Shown here piece by piece: positions 26,501 to 40,200 of a stretch of DNA of 64,000 bases. How positions within the stretch are numbered: the stretch's first letter is position 1; each line of letters begins with the position of its first letter. Both the position numbers and the translations under genes were made by a program. Source of the DNA: Auanema rhodensis (taxonomy: Eukaryota; Animalia; Nematoda); the NCBI GenBank assembly GCA_964057225.1, contig OZ059898.1, positions 18,600,001-18,664,000 of the forward strand, given 5' to 3'. The notes below the pieces were generated by a model. It did no database searches. It was not told the origin of the DNA and saw nothing but the letters and a program-made list of their open reading frames with translations.

Positions 26501-29500
26501 ATTAGATTCCGCATGTCCATATTAGTCTAAAAACAAATTTTTATTGATATTGGTGCATGGTAACCATGACTTTGAAATTTACGTGAACTTCAATTTATGC
26601 TAATTAAGTGTACACGTGATGTGCACTTGGTATGTAACTCGCTTCACGTGAAAGATGAAGAGATGCGGTTTTCAAAATTAGGTTCCCCATGTCCATATTA
26701 GTCTAAAAACAAATTTTTGTTGATATTGGTGGATGGCAACCATGACTTTCAAATTTACGTGAACTTTAATTTATGCTAATTAAGTGTACACATGATGTGC
26801 ACTTGGTATGTAACTCGCTTCACGTCAAAGATAAAGAGATGCGGTTTTCAAAATTAGATTTCGCATGTCTATATTAGTCTAAAAACAAATTTTTGTTGAT
26901 ATTGGTGGATGGTAACCATGACTTTCAAATTTACGTGAACTTCAATTTATGCTAATTAAGTGTACACGTGATGTGCACTTGGTATGTAACTCGCTTCGCG
27001 TCAACGATAAAGAGATGCGGTTTTCAAAATTAGATTCCCCATGTCCATATTAGTCTAAAAAAAAATTTTTATTAATATTGGTGCATGGTAACCATGACTT
27101 TGAAATTTACGTGAACTTTAATTTATGCTAATTAAGTGTACACGTGATGTGCACTTGGTATGTAACTCGCTTCACGTGAAAGATAAAGAGATGCGGTTTT
27201 CAAAATTAGATTCCCCATGTCCATATTAGTCTAAAAACAAATTTTTATTGATATTGGTGCATGGTAACCATGACTTTGAAATTTACGTGAACTTTAATTT
27301 ATGCTAATTAAGTGTACACATGATGTGCACTCGGTATGTAACTCGCTTCACGTGAAAGATAAAGAGATGCGGTTTTCAAAATTAGGTTCCCCATGTCCAT
27401 ATTAGTCTAAAAACAAATTTTTATTGATATTGGTGCATGGTAACCATGACTTTGAAATTTACGTGAACTTCAATTTATGCTAATTAAGTGTACACGTGAT
27501 GTGCACTTGGTATGTAACTCGCTTCACGTGAAAGATGAAGAGATGCGGTTTTCAAAATTAGGTTCCCCATGTCCATATTAGTCTAAAAACAAATTTTTGT
27601 TGATATTGGTGCATGGTAACCATGACTTTGAAATTTACGTGAACTTTAATTTATGCTAATTAAGTGTACACGTGATGTGCACTTGGTATGTAACTCGCTT
27701 CACGTGAAAGATAAAGAGATGCGGTTTTCAAAATTAGGTTCCCCATGTCCATATTAGTCTAAAAACAAATTTTTGTTGATATTGGTGGATGGTAACCATG
27801 ACTTTGAAATTTACGTGAACTTTAATTTATGCTAATTAAGTGTACACGTGATGTGCACTTGGTATGTAACTCGCTTCACGTGAAAGATAAAAAGATGCGG
27901 TTTTCAAAATTAGGTTCCCCATGTCCATATTAGTCTAAAAACAAATTTTTGTTGATATTGGTGGATGGTAACCATGACTTTGAAATTTACGTGAACTTTA
28001 ATTTATGCTAATTAAGTGTACACGTGATGTGCACTTGGTATGTAACTCGCTTCACGTGAAAGATAAAGAGATGCGGTTTCCAAAATTAGATTCCGCATGT
28101 CCATATTAGTCTAAAAACAAATTTTTATTAATATTGGTGCATGGTAACCATGACTTTGAAATTTACGTGAACTTTAATTTATGCTAATTAAGTGTACACG
28201 TGATGTGCACTTGGTATGTAACTCGCTTCACGTGAAAGATAAAGAGATGCGGTTTTCAAAATTAGATTCCCCATGTCTATATTAGTCTAAAAACAAATTT
28301 TTATTGATATTGGTGCATGGTAACCATGACTTTGAAATTTACGTGAACTTTAATTTATGCTAATTAAGTGTACACATGATGTGCACTCGGTATGTAACTC
28401 GCTTCACGTGAAAGATAAAGAGATGCGGTTTTCAAAATTAGATTCCGCATGTCCATATTAGTCTAAAAACAAATTTTTATTGATATTGGTGCATGGTAAC
28501 CATGACTTTGAAATTTACGTGAACTTCAATTTATGCTAATTAAGTGTACACGTGATGTGCACTTGGTATGTAACTCGCTTCACGTGAAAGATGAAGAGAT
28601 GCGGTTTTCAAAATTAGGTTCCCCATGTCCATATTAGTCTAAAAACAAATTTTTGTTGATATTGGTGCATGGTAACCATGACTTTGAAATTTACGTGAAC
28701 TTTAATTTATGCTAATTAAGTGTACACGTGATGTGCACTTGGTATGTAACTCGCTTCACGTGAAAGATAAAGAGATGCGGTTTTCAAAATTAGATTCCCC
28801 ATGTCCATATTAGTCTAAAAACAAATTTTTATCGATATTGGTGCATGGTAACCATGACTTTGAAATTTACGTGAACTTTAATTTATGCTAATTAAGTGTA
28901 CACATGATGTGCACTCGGTATGTAACTCGCTTCACGTGAAAGATAAAGAGATGCGGTTTTCAAAATTAGATTCCGCATGTCCATATTAGTCTAAAAACAA
29001 ATTTTTATTGATATTGGTGCATGGTAACCATGACTTTGAAATTTACGTGAACTTCAATTTATGCTAATTAAGTGTACACGTGATGTGCACTTGGTATGTA
29101 ACTCGCTTCACGTGAAAGATGAAGAGATGCGGTTTTCAAAATTAGATTCCTCATGTCCATATTAGTCTAAAAACAAATTTTTATTGATATTGGTGCATGG
29201 TAACCATGACTTTGAAATTTACGTGAACTTTAATTTATGCTAATTAAGTGTACACGTGATGTGCACTTGGTATGTAACTCGCTTCACGTGAAAGATAAAG
29301 AGATGCGGTTTCCAAAATTAGATTTCGCATGTCCATATTAGTCTAAAAACAAATTTTTGTTGATATTGGTGGATGGTAACCATGACTTTGAAATTTACGT
29401 GAACTTTAATTTATGCTAATTAAGTGTACACGTGATGTGCACTTGGTATGTAACTCGCTTCACGTGAAAGATGAAGAGATGCGGTTTTCAAAATTAGGTT

Positions 29501-32500
29501 CCCCATGTCCATATTAGTCTAAAAACAAATTTTTGTTGATATTGGTGGATGGTAACCATGACTTTGAAATTTACGTGAACTTTAATTTATGCTAATTAAG
29601 TGTACACATGATGTGCACTCGGTATGTAACTCGCTTCACGTGAAAGATAAAGAGATGCGGTTTTCAAAATTAGATTCCGCATGTCCATATTAGTCTAAAA
29701 ACAAATTTTTATTGATATTGGTGCATGGTAACCATGACTTTGAAATTTACGTGAACTTTAATTTATGCTAATTAAGTGTACACGTGATGTGCACTTGGTA
29801 TGTAACTCGCTTCACGTGAAAGATAAAGAGATGCGGTTTTCAAAATTAGATTCCCCATGTTTATATTAGTCTAAAAACAAATTTTTATTGATATTGGTGC
29901 ATGGCAACCATGACTTTAAAATCTACGTGTACTTTAATTTATGCTAATTAAGTGTACACATGATGTGCACTTGGTATGTAACTCGCTTCACGTGAAAGAT
30001 AAAGAGATGCGGTTTTCAAAATTAGATTCCTCATGTCCATATTAGTCTAAAAACGAATTTTTATTGATATTGGTGCATGGCAACCATGACTTTAAAATCT
30101 ACGTGTACTTTAATTTATGCTAATTAAGTGTACACATGATGTGCACTTGGTATGTAACTCGCTTCACGTGAAAGATAAAGAGATGCGGTTTTCAAAATTA
30201 GATTCCTCATGTCCATATTAGTCTAAAAACGAATTTTTATTGATATTGATGCATGGTAACCATGACTTTGAAATTTACGTGAACTTTAATTTATGCTTAT
30301 TAAGTGTACACGTGATGTGCACTTGGTATGTAACTCGCTTCACGTGAAAGATAAAGGGATGCGGTTTTCAAAATTAGATTCCCCATGTCCATATTAGTCT
30401 AAAAACAAATTTTTGTTGATATTGGTGAATGGTAACCATGACTTTGAAATTTATGTGAACTTTAATTTATGCTAATTAAGTGTACACGTGATGTGCACTT
30501 GGTATGTAACTCGCTTCACGTGAAAGATAAAGAGATGCGGTTTTCAAAATTAGATTCCCCATGTTTATATTAGTCTAAAAACAAATTTTTATTGATATTG
30601 GTGCATGGCAACCATGACTTTAAAATCTACGTGTACTTTAATTTATGCTAATTAAGTGTACACATGATGTGCACTTGGTATGTAACTCGCTTCACGTGAA
30701 AGATAAAGAGATGCGGTTTTCAAAATTAGATTCCTCATGTCCATATTAGTCTAAAAACGAATTTTTATTGATATTGGTGCATGGCAACCATGACTTTAAA
30801 ATCTACGTGTACTTTAATTTATGCTAATTAAGTGTACACATGATGTGCACTTGGTATGTAACTCGCTTCACGTGAAAGATAAAGAGATGCGGTTTTCAAA
30901 ATTAGATTCCTCATGTCCATATTAGTCTAAAAACGAATTTTTATTGATATTGATGCATGGTAACCATGACTTTGAAATTTACGTGAACTTTAATTTATGC
31001 TTATTAAGTGTACACGTGATGTGCACTTGGTATGTAACTCGCTTCACGTGAAAGATAAAGGGATGCGGTTTTCAAAATTAGATTCCCCATGTCCATATTA
31101 GTCTAAAAACAAATTTTTGTTGATATTGGTGAATGGTAACCATGACTTTGAAATTTATGTGAACTTTAATTTATGCTAATTAAGTGTACACGTGATGTGC
31201 ACTTGGTATGTAACTCGCTTCACGTCAAAGATAAAGAGATGCGGTTTTCAAAATTAGATTTCGCATGTCTATATTAGTCTAAAAACAAATTTTTGTTGAT
31301 ATTGGTGGATGGTAACCATGACTTTCAAATTTACGTGAACTTCAATTTATGCTAATTAAGTGTACACGTGATGTGCACTTGGTATGTAACTCGCTTCGCG
31401 TCAACGATAAAGAGATGCGGTTTTCAAAATTAGATTCCCCATGTCCATATTAGTCTAAAAAAAAATTTTTATTAATATTGGTGCATGGTAACCATGACTT
31501 TGAAATTTACGTGAACTTTAATTTATGCTAATTAAGTGTACACGTGATGTGCACTTGGTATGTAACTCGCTTCACGTGAAAGATAAAGAGATGCGGTTTT
31601 CAAAATTAGATTCCCCATGTCCATATTAGTCTAAAAACAAATTTTTATTGATATTGGTGCATGGTAACCATGACTTTGAAATTTACGTGAACTTTAATTT
31701 ATGCTAATTAAGTGTACACATGATGTGCACTCGGTATGTAACTCGCTTCACGTGAAAGATAAAGAGATGCGGTTTTCAAAATTAGGTTCCCCATGTCCAT
31801 ATTAGTCTAAAAACAAATTTTTATTGATATTGGTGCATGGTAACCATGACTTTGAAATTTACGTGAACTTCAATTTATGCTAATTAAGTGTACACGTGAT
31901 GTGCACTTGGTATGTAACTCGCTTCACGTGAAAGATGAAGAGATGCGGTTTTCAAAATTAGGTTCCCCATGTCCATATTAGTCTAAAAACAAATTTTTGT
32001 TGATATTGGTGCATGGTAACCATGACTTTGAAATTTACGTGAACTTTAATTTATGCTAATTAAGTGTACACGTGATGTGCACTTGGTATGTAACTCGCTT
32101 CACGTGAAAGATAAAGAGATGCGGTTTTCAAAATTAGGTTCCCCATGTCCATATTAGTCTAAAAACAAATTTTTGTTGATATTGGTGGATGGTAACCATG
32201 ACTTTGAAATTTACGTGAACTTTAATTTATGCTAATTAAGTGTACACGTGATGTGCACTTGGTATGTAACTCGCTTCACGTGAAAGATAAAGAGATGCGG
32301 TTTTCAAAATTAGGTTCCCCATGTCCATATTAGTCTAAAAACAAATTTTTGTTGATATTGGTGGATGGTAACCATGACTTTGAAATTTACGTGAACTTTA
32401 ATTTATGCTAATTAAGTGTACACGTGATGTGCACTTGGTATGTAACTCGCTTCACGTGAAAGATAAAGAGATGCGGTTTCCAAAATTAGATTCCCCATGT

Positions 32501-34250
32501 CCATATTAGTCTAAAAACAAATTTTTATCGATATTGGTGCATGGTAACCATGACTTTGAAATTTACGTGAACTTTAATTTATGCTAATTAAGTGTACACA
32601 TGATGTGCACTCGGTATGTAACTCGCTTCACGTGAAAGATAAAGAGATGCGGTTTTCAAAATTAGATTCCGCATGTCCATATTAGTCTAAAAACAAATTT
32701 TTATTGATATTGGTGCATGGTAACCATGACTTTGAAATTTACGTGAACTTCAATTTATGCTAATTAAGTGTACACGTGATGTGCACTTGGTATGTAACTC
32801 GCTTCACGTGAAAGATGAAGAGATGCGGTTTTCAAAATTAGATTCCGCATGTCCATATTAGTCTAAAAACAAATTTTTATTGATATTGGTGCATGGTAAC
32901 CATGACTTTGAAATTTACGTGAACTTCAATTTATGCTAATTAAGTGTACACGTGATGTGCACTTGGTATGTAACTCGCTTCACGTGAAAGATGAAGAGAT
33001 GCGGTTTTCAAAATTAGGTTCCCCATGTCCATATTAGTCTAAAAACAAATTTTTGTTGATATTGGTGGATGGCAACCATGACTTTCAAATTTACGTGAAC
33101 TTTAATTTATGCTAATTAAGTGTACACATGATGTGCACTTGGTATGTAACTCGCTTCACGTCAAAGATAAAGAGATGCGGTTTTCAAAATTAGATTTCGC
33201 ATGTCTATATTAGTCTAAAAACAAATTTTTGTTGATATTGGTGGATGGTAACCATGACTTTCAAATTTACGTGAACTTCAATTTATGCTAATTAAGTGTA
33301 CACGTGATGTGCACTTGGTATGTAACTCGCTTCGCGTCAACGATAAAGAGATGCGGTTTTCAAAATTAGATTCCCCATGTCCATATTAGTCTAAAAAAAA
33401 ATTTTTATTAATATTGGTGCATGGTAACCATGACTTTGAAATTTACGTGAACTTTAATTTATGCTAATTAAGTGTACACGTGATGTGCACTTGGTATGTA
33501 ACTCGCTTCACGTGAAAGATAAAGAGATGCGGTTTTCAAAATTAGATTCCCCATGTCCATATTAGTCTAAAAACAAATTTTTATTGATATTGGTGCATGG
33601 TAACCATGACTTTGAAATTTACGTGAACTTTAATTTATGCTAATTAAGTGTACACATGATGTGCACTCGGTATGTAACTCGCTTCACGTGAAAGATAAAG
33701 AGATGCGGTTTTCAAAATTAGGTTCCCCATGTCCATATTAGTCTAAAAACAAATTTTTATTGATATTGGTGCATGGTAACCATGACTTTGAAATTTACGT
33801 GAACTTCAATTTATGCTAATTAAGTGTACACGTGATGTGCACTTGGTATGTAACTCGCTTCACGTGAAAGATGAAGAGATGCGGTTTTCAAAATTAGGTT
33901 CCCCATGTCCATATTAGTCTAAAAACAAATTTTTGTTGATATTGGTGCATGGTAACCATGACTTTGAAATTTACGTGAACTTTAATTTATGCTAATTAAG
34001 TGTACACGTGATGTGCACTTGGTATGTAACTCGCTTCACGTGAAAGATAAAAAGATGCGGTTTTCAAAATTAGGTTCCCCATGTCCATATTAGTCTAAAA
34101 ACAAATTTTTGTTGATATTGGTGGATGGTAACCATGACTTTGAAATTTACGTGAACTTTAATTTATGCTAATTAAGTGTACACGTGATGTGCACTTGGTA
34201 TGTAACTCGCTTCACGTGAAAGATAAAGAGATGCGGTTTCCAAAATTAGA
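23572..34250 (+). repeat. Higher-order duplication, 36-monomer offset (6,336 bp), with nested 4-mer and 11-mer duplications
   Basis: GTGAATGG at 24092, 24796, 30428, 31132; A9 run (C>A) at 25126, 27062, 31462, 33398. Differences are 704, 1936 and 6336, all multiples of 176. Confidence 0.9.
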
Positions 34251-37200
34251 TTCCCCATGTCCATATTAGTCTAAAAACAAATTTTTATCGATATTGGTGC
34301 ATGGTAACCATGACTTTGAAATTTACGTGAACTTTAATTTATGCTAATTAAGTGTACACATGATGTGCACTCGGTATGTAACTCGCTTCACGTGAAAGAT
34401 AAAGAGATGCGGTTTTCAAAATTAGATTCCGCATGTCCATATTAGTCTAAAAACAAATTTTTATTGATATTGGTGCATGGTAACCATGACTTTGAAATTT
34501 ACGTGAACTTCAATTTATGCTAATTAAGTGTACACGTGATGTGCACTTGGTATGTAACTCGCTTCACGTGAAAGATGAAGAGATGCGGTTTTCAAAATTA
34601 GATTCCGCATGTCCATATTAGTCTAAAAACAAATTTTTATTGATATTGGTGCATGGTAACCATGACTTTGAAATTTACGTGAACTTCAATTTATGCTAAT
34701 TAAGTGTACACGTGATGTGCACTTGGTATGTAACTCGCTTCACGTGAAAGATGAAGAGATGCGGTTTTCAAAATTAGGTTCCCCATGTCCATATTAGTCT
34801 AAAAACAAATTTTTGTTGATATTGGTGGATGGCAACCATGACTTTCAAATTTACGTGAACTTTAATTTATGCTAATTAAGTGTACACATGATGTGCACTT
34901 GGTATGTAACTCGCTTCACGTCAAAGATAAAGAGATGCGGTTTTCAAAATTAGATTTCGCATGTCCATATTAGTCTAAAAACAAATTTTTATTGATATTG
35001 GTGCATGGTAACCATGACTTTGAAATTTACGTGAACTTTAATTTATGCTAATTAAGTGTACACGTGATGTGCACTTGGTATGTAACTCGCTTCACGTGAA
35101 AGATAAAGAGATGCGGTTTTCAAAATTAGATTCCTCATGTCCATATTAGTCTAAAAACGAATTTTTATTGATATTGATGCATGGTAACCATGACTTTGAA
35201 ATTTACGTGAACTTTAATTTATGCTTATTAAGTGTACACGTGATGTGCACTTGGTATGTAACTCGCTTCACGTGAAAGATAGAGGGATGCGGTTTTCAAA
35301 TTTAGATTTCGCGTGTCCATATTAGTCTAAAAACAAATTTTTATTGATATTGGTGCATGGTAACCATGACTTTGAAGTTTACGTGAACTTTAATTTATGC
35401 TAATTAAGTGTACACGTGAAGTGCACTTGGTATGTAACTCGCTTCACGTGAAAGATAAAGAGATGAGGTTTTCAAAATTAGATTCCCCATGTCCATATTA
35501 GTCTAAAAACAAATTTTTATCGATATTGGTGCATGGTAACCATGACTTTGAAATTTACGTGAACTTTAATTTATGCTAATTAAGTGTACACATGATGTGC
35601 ACTCGGTATGTAACTCGCTTCACGTGAAAGATAAAGAGATGCGGTTTTCAAAATTAGATTCCGCATGTCCATATTAGTCTAAAAACAAATTTTTATTGAT
35701 ATTGGTGCATGGTAACCATGACTTTGAAATTTACGTGAACTTTAATTTATGCTAATTAAGTGTACACGTGATGTGCACTTGGTATGTAACTCGCTTCACG
35801 TGAAAGATAAAGAGATGCGGTTTTCAAAATTAGATTCCCCATGTTTATATTAGTCTAAAAACAAATTTTTATTGATATTGGTGCATGGCAACCATGACTT
35901 TAAAATCTACGTGTACTTTAATTTATGCTAATTAAGTGTACACATGATGTGCACTCGGTATGTAACTCGCTTCACGTGAAAGATAAAGAGATGCGGTTTT
36001 CAAAATTAGATTCCGCATGTCCATATTAGTCTAAAAACAAATTTTTATTGATATTGGTGCATGGTAACCATGACTTTGAAATTTACGTGAACTTTAATTT
36101 ATGCTAATTAAGTGTACACGTGATGTGCACTTGGTATGTAACTCGCTTCACGTGAAAGATAAAGAGATGCGGTTTTCAAAATTAGATTCCCCATGTTTAT
36201 ATTAGTCTAAAAACAAATTTTTATTGATATTGGTGCATGGCAACCATGACTTTAAAATCTACGTGTACTTTAATTTATGCTAATTAAGTGTACACATGAT
36301 GTGCACTTGGTATGTAACTCGCTTCACGTGAAAGATAAAGAGATGCGGTTTTCAAAATTAGATTCCCCATGTTTATATTAGTCTAAAAACAAATTTTTAT
36401 TGATATTGGTGCATGGCAACCATGACTTCAAAATCTACGTGTACTTTAATTTATGCTAATTAAGTGTACACATGATGTGCACTTGGTATGTAACTCGCTT
36501 CACGTGAAAGATAAAGAGATGCGGTTTTCAAAATTAGATTCCCCATGTTTATATTAGTCTAAAAACAAATTTTTATTGATATTGGTGCATGGCAACCATG
36601 ACTTCAAAATCTACGTGTACTTTAATTTATGCTAATTAAGTGTACACATGATGTGCACTTGGTATGTAACTCGCTTCACGTGAAAGATAAAGAGATGCGG
36701 TTTTCAAAATTAGATTCCTCATGTCCATATTAGTCTAAAAACGAATTTTTATTGATATTGATGCATGGTAACCATGACTTTGAAATTTACGTGAACTTTA
36801 ATTTATGCTTATTAAGTGTACACGTGATGTGCACTTGGTATGTAACTCGCTTCACGTGAAAGATAAAGGGATGCGGTTTTCAAAATTAGATTCCCCATGT
36901 CCATATTAGTCTAAAAACAAATTTTTATTGATATTGGTGCATGGTAACCATGACTTTGAAATTTACGTGAACTTTAATTTATGCTAATTAAGTGTACACG
37001 TGATGTGCACTTGGTATGTAACTCGCTTCACGTGAAAGATGAAAAGATGCGGTTTTCACAATTAGGTTCCCCATGTCCATATTAGTCTAAAAACAAATTT
37101 TTGTTGATATTGGTGGATGGTAACCATGACTTTCAAATTTACGTGAACTTTAATTTATGCTAATTAAGTGTACACATGATGTGCACTTGGTATGTAACTC

Positions 37201-40200
37201 GCTTCACGTCAAAGATAAAGAGATGCGGTTTTCAAAATTAGATTTCGCATGTCCATATTAGTCTAAAAACAAATTTTTATTTATATTGGTGCATGGTAAC
37301 CATGACTTTGAAATTTACGTGAACTTTAATTTATGCTAATTAAGTGTACACGTGATGTGCACTTGGTATGTAACTCGCTTCACGTGAAAGATAAAGAGAT
37401 GCGGTTTCCAAAATTAGATTTCGCATGTCCATATTAGTCTAAAAACAAATTTTTGTTGATATTGGTGGATGGTAACCATGACTTTGAAATTTACGTGAAC
37501 TTTAATTTATGCTAATTAAGTGTACACGTGATGTGCACTTGGTATGTAACTCGCTTCACGTGAAAGATGAAGAGATGCGGTTTTCAAAATTAGGTTCCCC
37601 ATGTCCATATTAGTCTAAAAACAAATTTTTGTTGATATTGGTGGATGGTAACCATGACTTTGAAATTTACGTGAACTTTAATTTATGCTAATTAAGTGTA
37701 CACGTGATGTGCACTTGGTATGTAACTCGCTTCACGTGAAAGATAAAGAGATGCGGTTTCCAAAATTAGATTTCGCATGTCCATATTAGTCTAAAAACAA
37801 ATTTTTGTTGATATTGGTCAATGGTAACCATGACTTTGAAATTTACGTGAACTTTAATTTATGCTAATTAAGTGTACACGTGATGTGCACTTGGTATGTA
37901 ACTCGCTTCACGTGAAAGATGAAGAGATGCGGTTTTCAAAATTAGGTTCCCCATGTCCATATTAGTCTAAAAACAAATTTTTGTTGATATTGGTGGATGG
38001 TAACCATGACTTTGAAATTTACGTGAACTTTAATTTATGCTAATTAAGTGTACACATGATGTGCACTCGGTATGTAACTCGCTTCACGTGAAAGATAAAG
38101 AGATGCGGTTTTCAAAATTAGATTCCGCATGTCCATATTAGTCTAAAAACAAATTTTTATTGATATTGGTGCATGGTAACCATGACTTTGAAATTTACGT
38201 GAACTTCAATTTATGCTAATTAAGTGTACACGTGATGTGCACTTGGTATGTAACTCGCTTCACGTGAAAGATGAAGAGATGCGGTTTTCAAAATTAGATT
38301 CCGCATGTCCATATTAGTCTAAAAACAAATTTTTATTGATATTGGTGCATGGTAACCATGACTTTGAAATTTACGTGAACTTCAATTTATGCTAATTAAG
38401 TGTACACGTGATGTGCACTTGGTATGTAACTCGCTTCACGTGAAAGATGAAGAGATGCGGTTTTCAAAATTAGGTTCCCCATGTCCATATTAGTCTAAAA
38501 ACAAATTTTTGTTGATATTGGTGGATGGCAACCATGACTTTCAAATTTACGTGAACTTTAATTTATGCTAATTAAGTGTACACATGATGTGCACTTGGTA
38601 TGTAACTCGCTTCACGTCAAAGATAAAGAGATGCGGTTTTCAAAATTAGATTTCGCATGTCCATATTAGTCTAAAAACAAATTTTTATTGATATTGGTGC
38701 ATGGTAACCATGACTTTGAAATTTACGTGAACTTTAATTTATGCTAATTAAGTGTACACGTGATGTGCACTTGGTATGTAACTCGCTTCACGTGAAAGAT
38801 AAAGAGATGCGGTTTTCAAAATTAGATTCCTCATGTCCATATTAGTCTAAAAACGAATTCTTATTGATATTGATGCATGGTAACCATGACTTTGAAATTT
38901 ACGTGAACTTTAATTTATGCTTATTAAGTGTACACGTGATGTGCACTTGGTATGTAACTCGCTTCACGTGAAAGATAGAGGGATGCGGTTTTCAAAATTA
39001 GATTCCCCATGTCCATATTAGTCTAAAAACAAATTTTTATTGATATTGGTGCATGGTAACCATGACTTTGAAATTTACGTGAACTTTAATTTATGCTAAT
39101 TAAGTGTACACATGATGTGCACTTGGTATGTAACTCGCTTCACGAGAAAGATAAAAAGATGCGGTTTTCAAATTTAGATTTCGCGTGTCCATATTAGTCT
39201 AAAAACAAATTTTTATTGATATTGGTGCATGGTAACCATGACTTTGAAGTTTACGTGAACTTTAATTTATGCTAATTAAGTGTACACGTGAAGTGCACTT
39301 GGTATGTAACTCGCTTCACGTGAAAGATAAAGAGATGCGGTTTTCAAAATTAGATTCCCCATGTCCATATTAGTCTAAAAACAAATTTTTATCGATATTG
39401 GTGCATGGTAACCATGACTTTGAAATTTACGTGAACTTTAATTTATGCTAATTAAGTGTACACGTGATGTGCACTTGGTATGTAACTCGCTTCACGTGAA
39501 AGATAAAGAGATGCGGTTTTCAAAATTAGATTCCCCATGTTTATATTAGTCTAAAAACAAATTTTTATTGATATTGGTGCATGGCAACCATGACTTTAAA
39601 ATCTACGTGTACTTTAATTTATGCTAATTAAGTGTACACATGATGTGCACTCGGTATGTAACTCGCTTCACGTGAAAGATAAAGAGATGCGGTTTTCAAA
39701 ATTAGATTCCGCATGTCCATATTAGTCTAAAAACAAATTTTTATTGATATTGGTGCATGGTAACCATGACTTTGAAATTTACGTGAACTTTAATTTATGC
39801 TAATTAAGTGTACACGTGATGTGCACTTGGTATGTAACTCGCTTCACGTGAAAGATAAAGAGATGCGGTTTTCAAAATTAGATTTCCCATGTTTATATTA
39901 GTCTAAAAACAAATTTTTATTGATATTGGTGCATGGCAACCATGACTTTAAAATCTACGTGTACTTTAATTTATGCTAATTAAGTGTACACATGATGTGC
40001 ACTTGGTATGTAACTCGCTTCACGTGAAAGATAAAGAGATGCGGTTTTCAAAATTAGATTCCCCATGTTTATATTAGTCTAAAAACAAATTTTTATTGAT
40101 ATTGGTGCATGGCAACCATGACTTTAAAATCTACGTGTACTTTAATTTATGCTAATTAAGTGTACACATGATGTGCACTTGGTATGTAACTCGCTTCACG

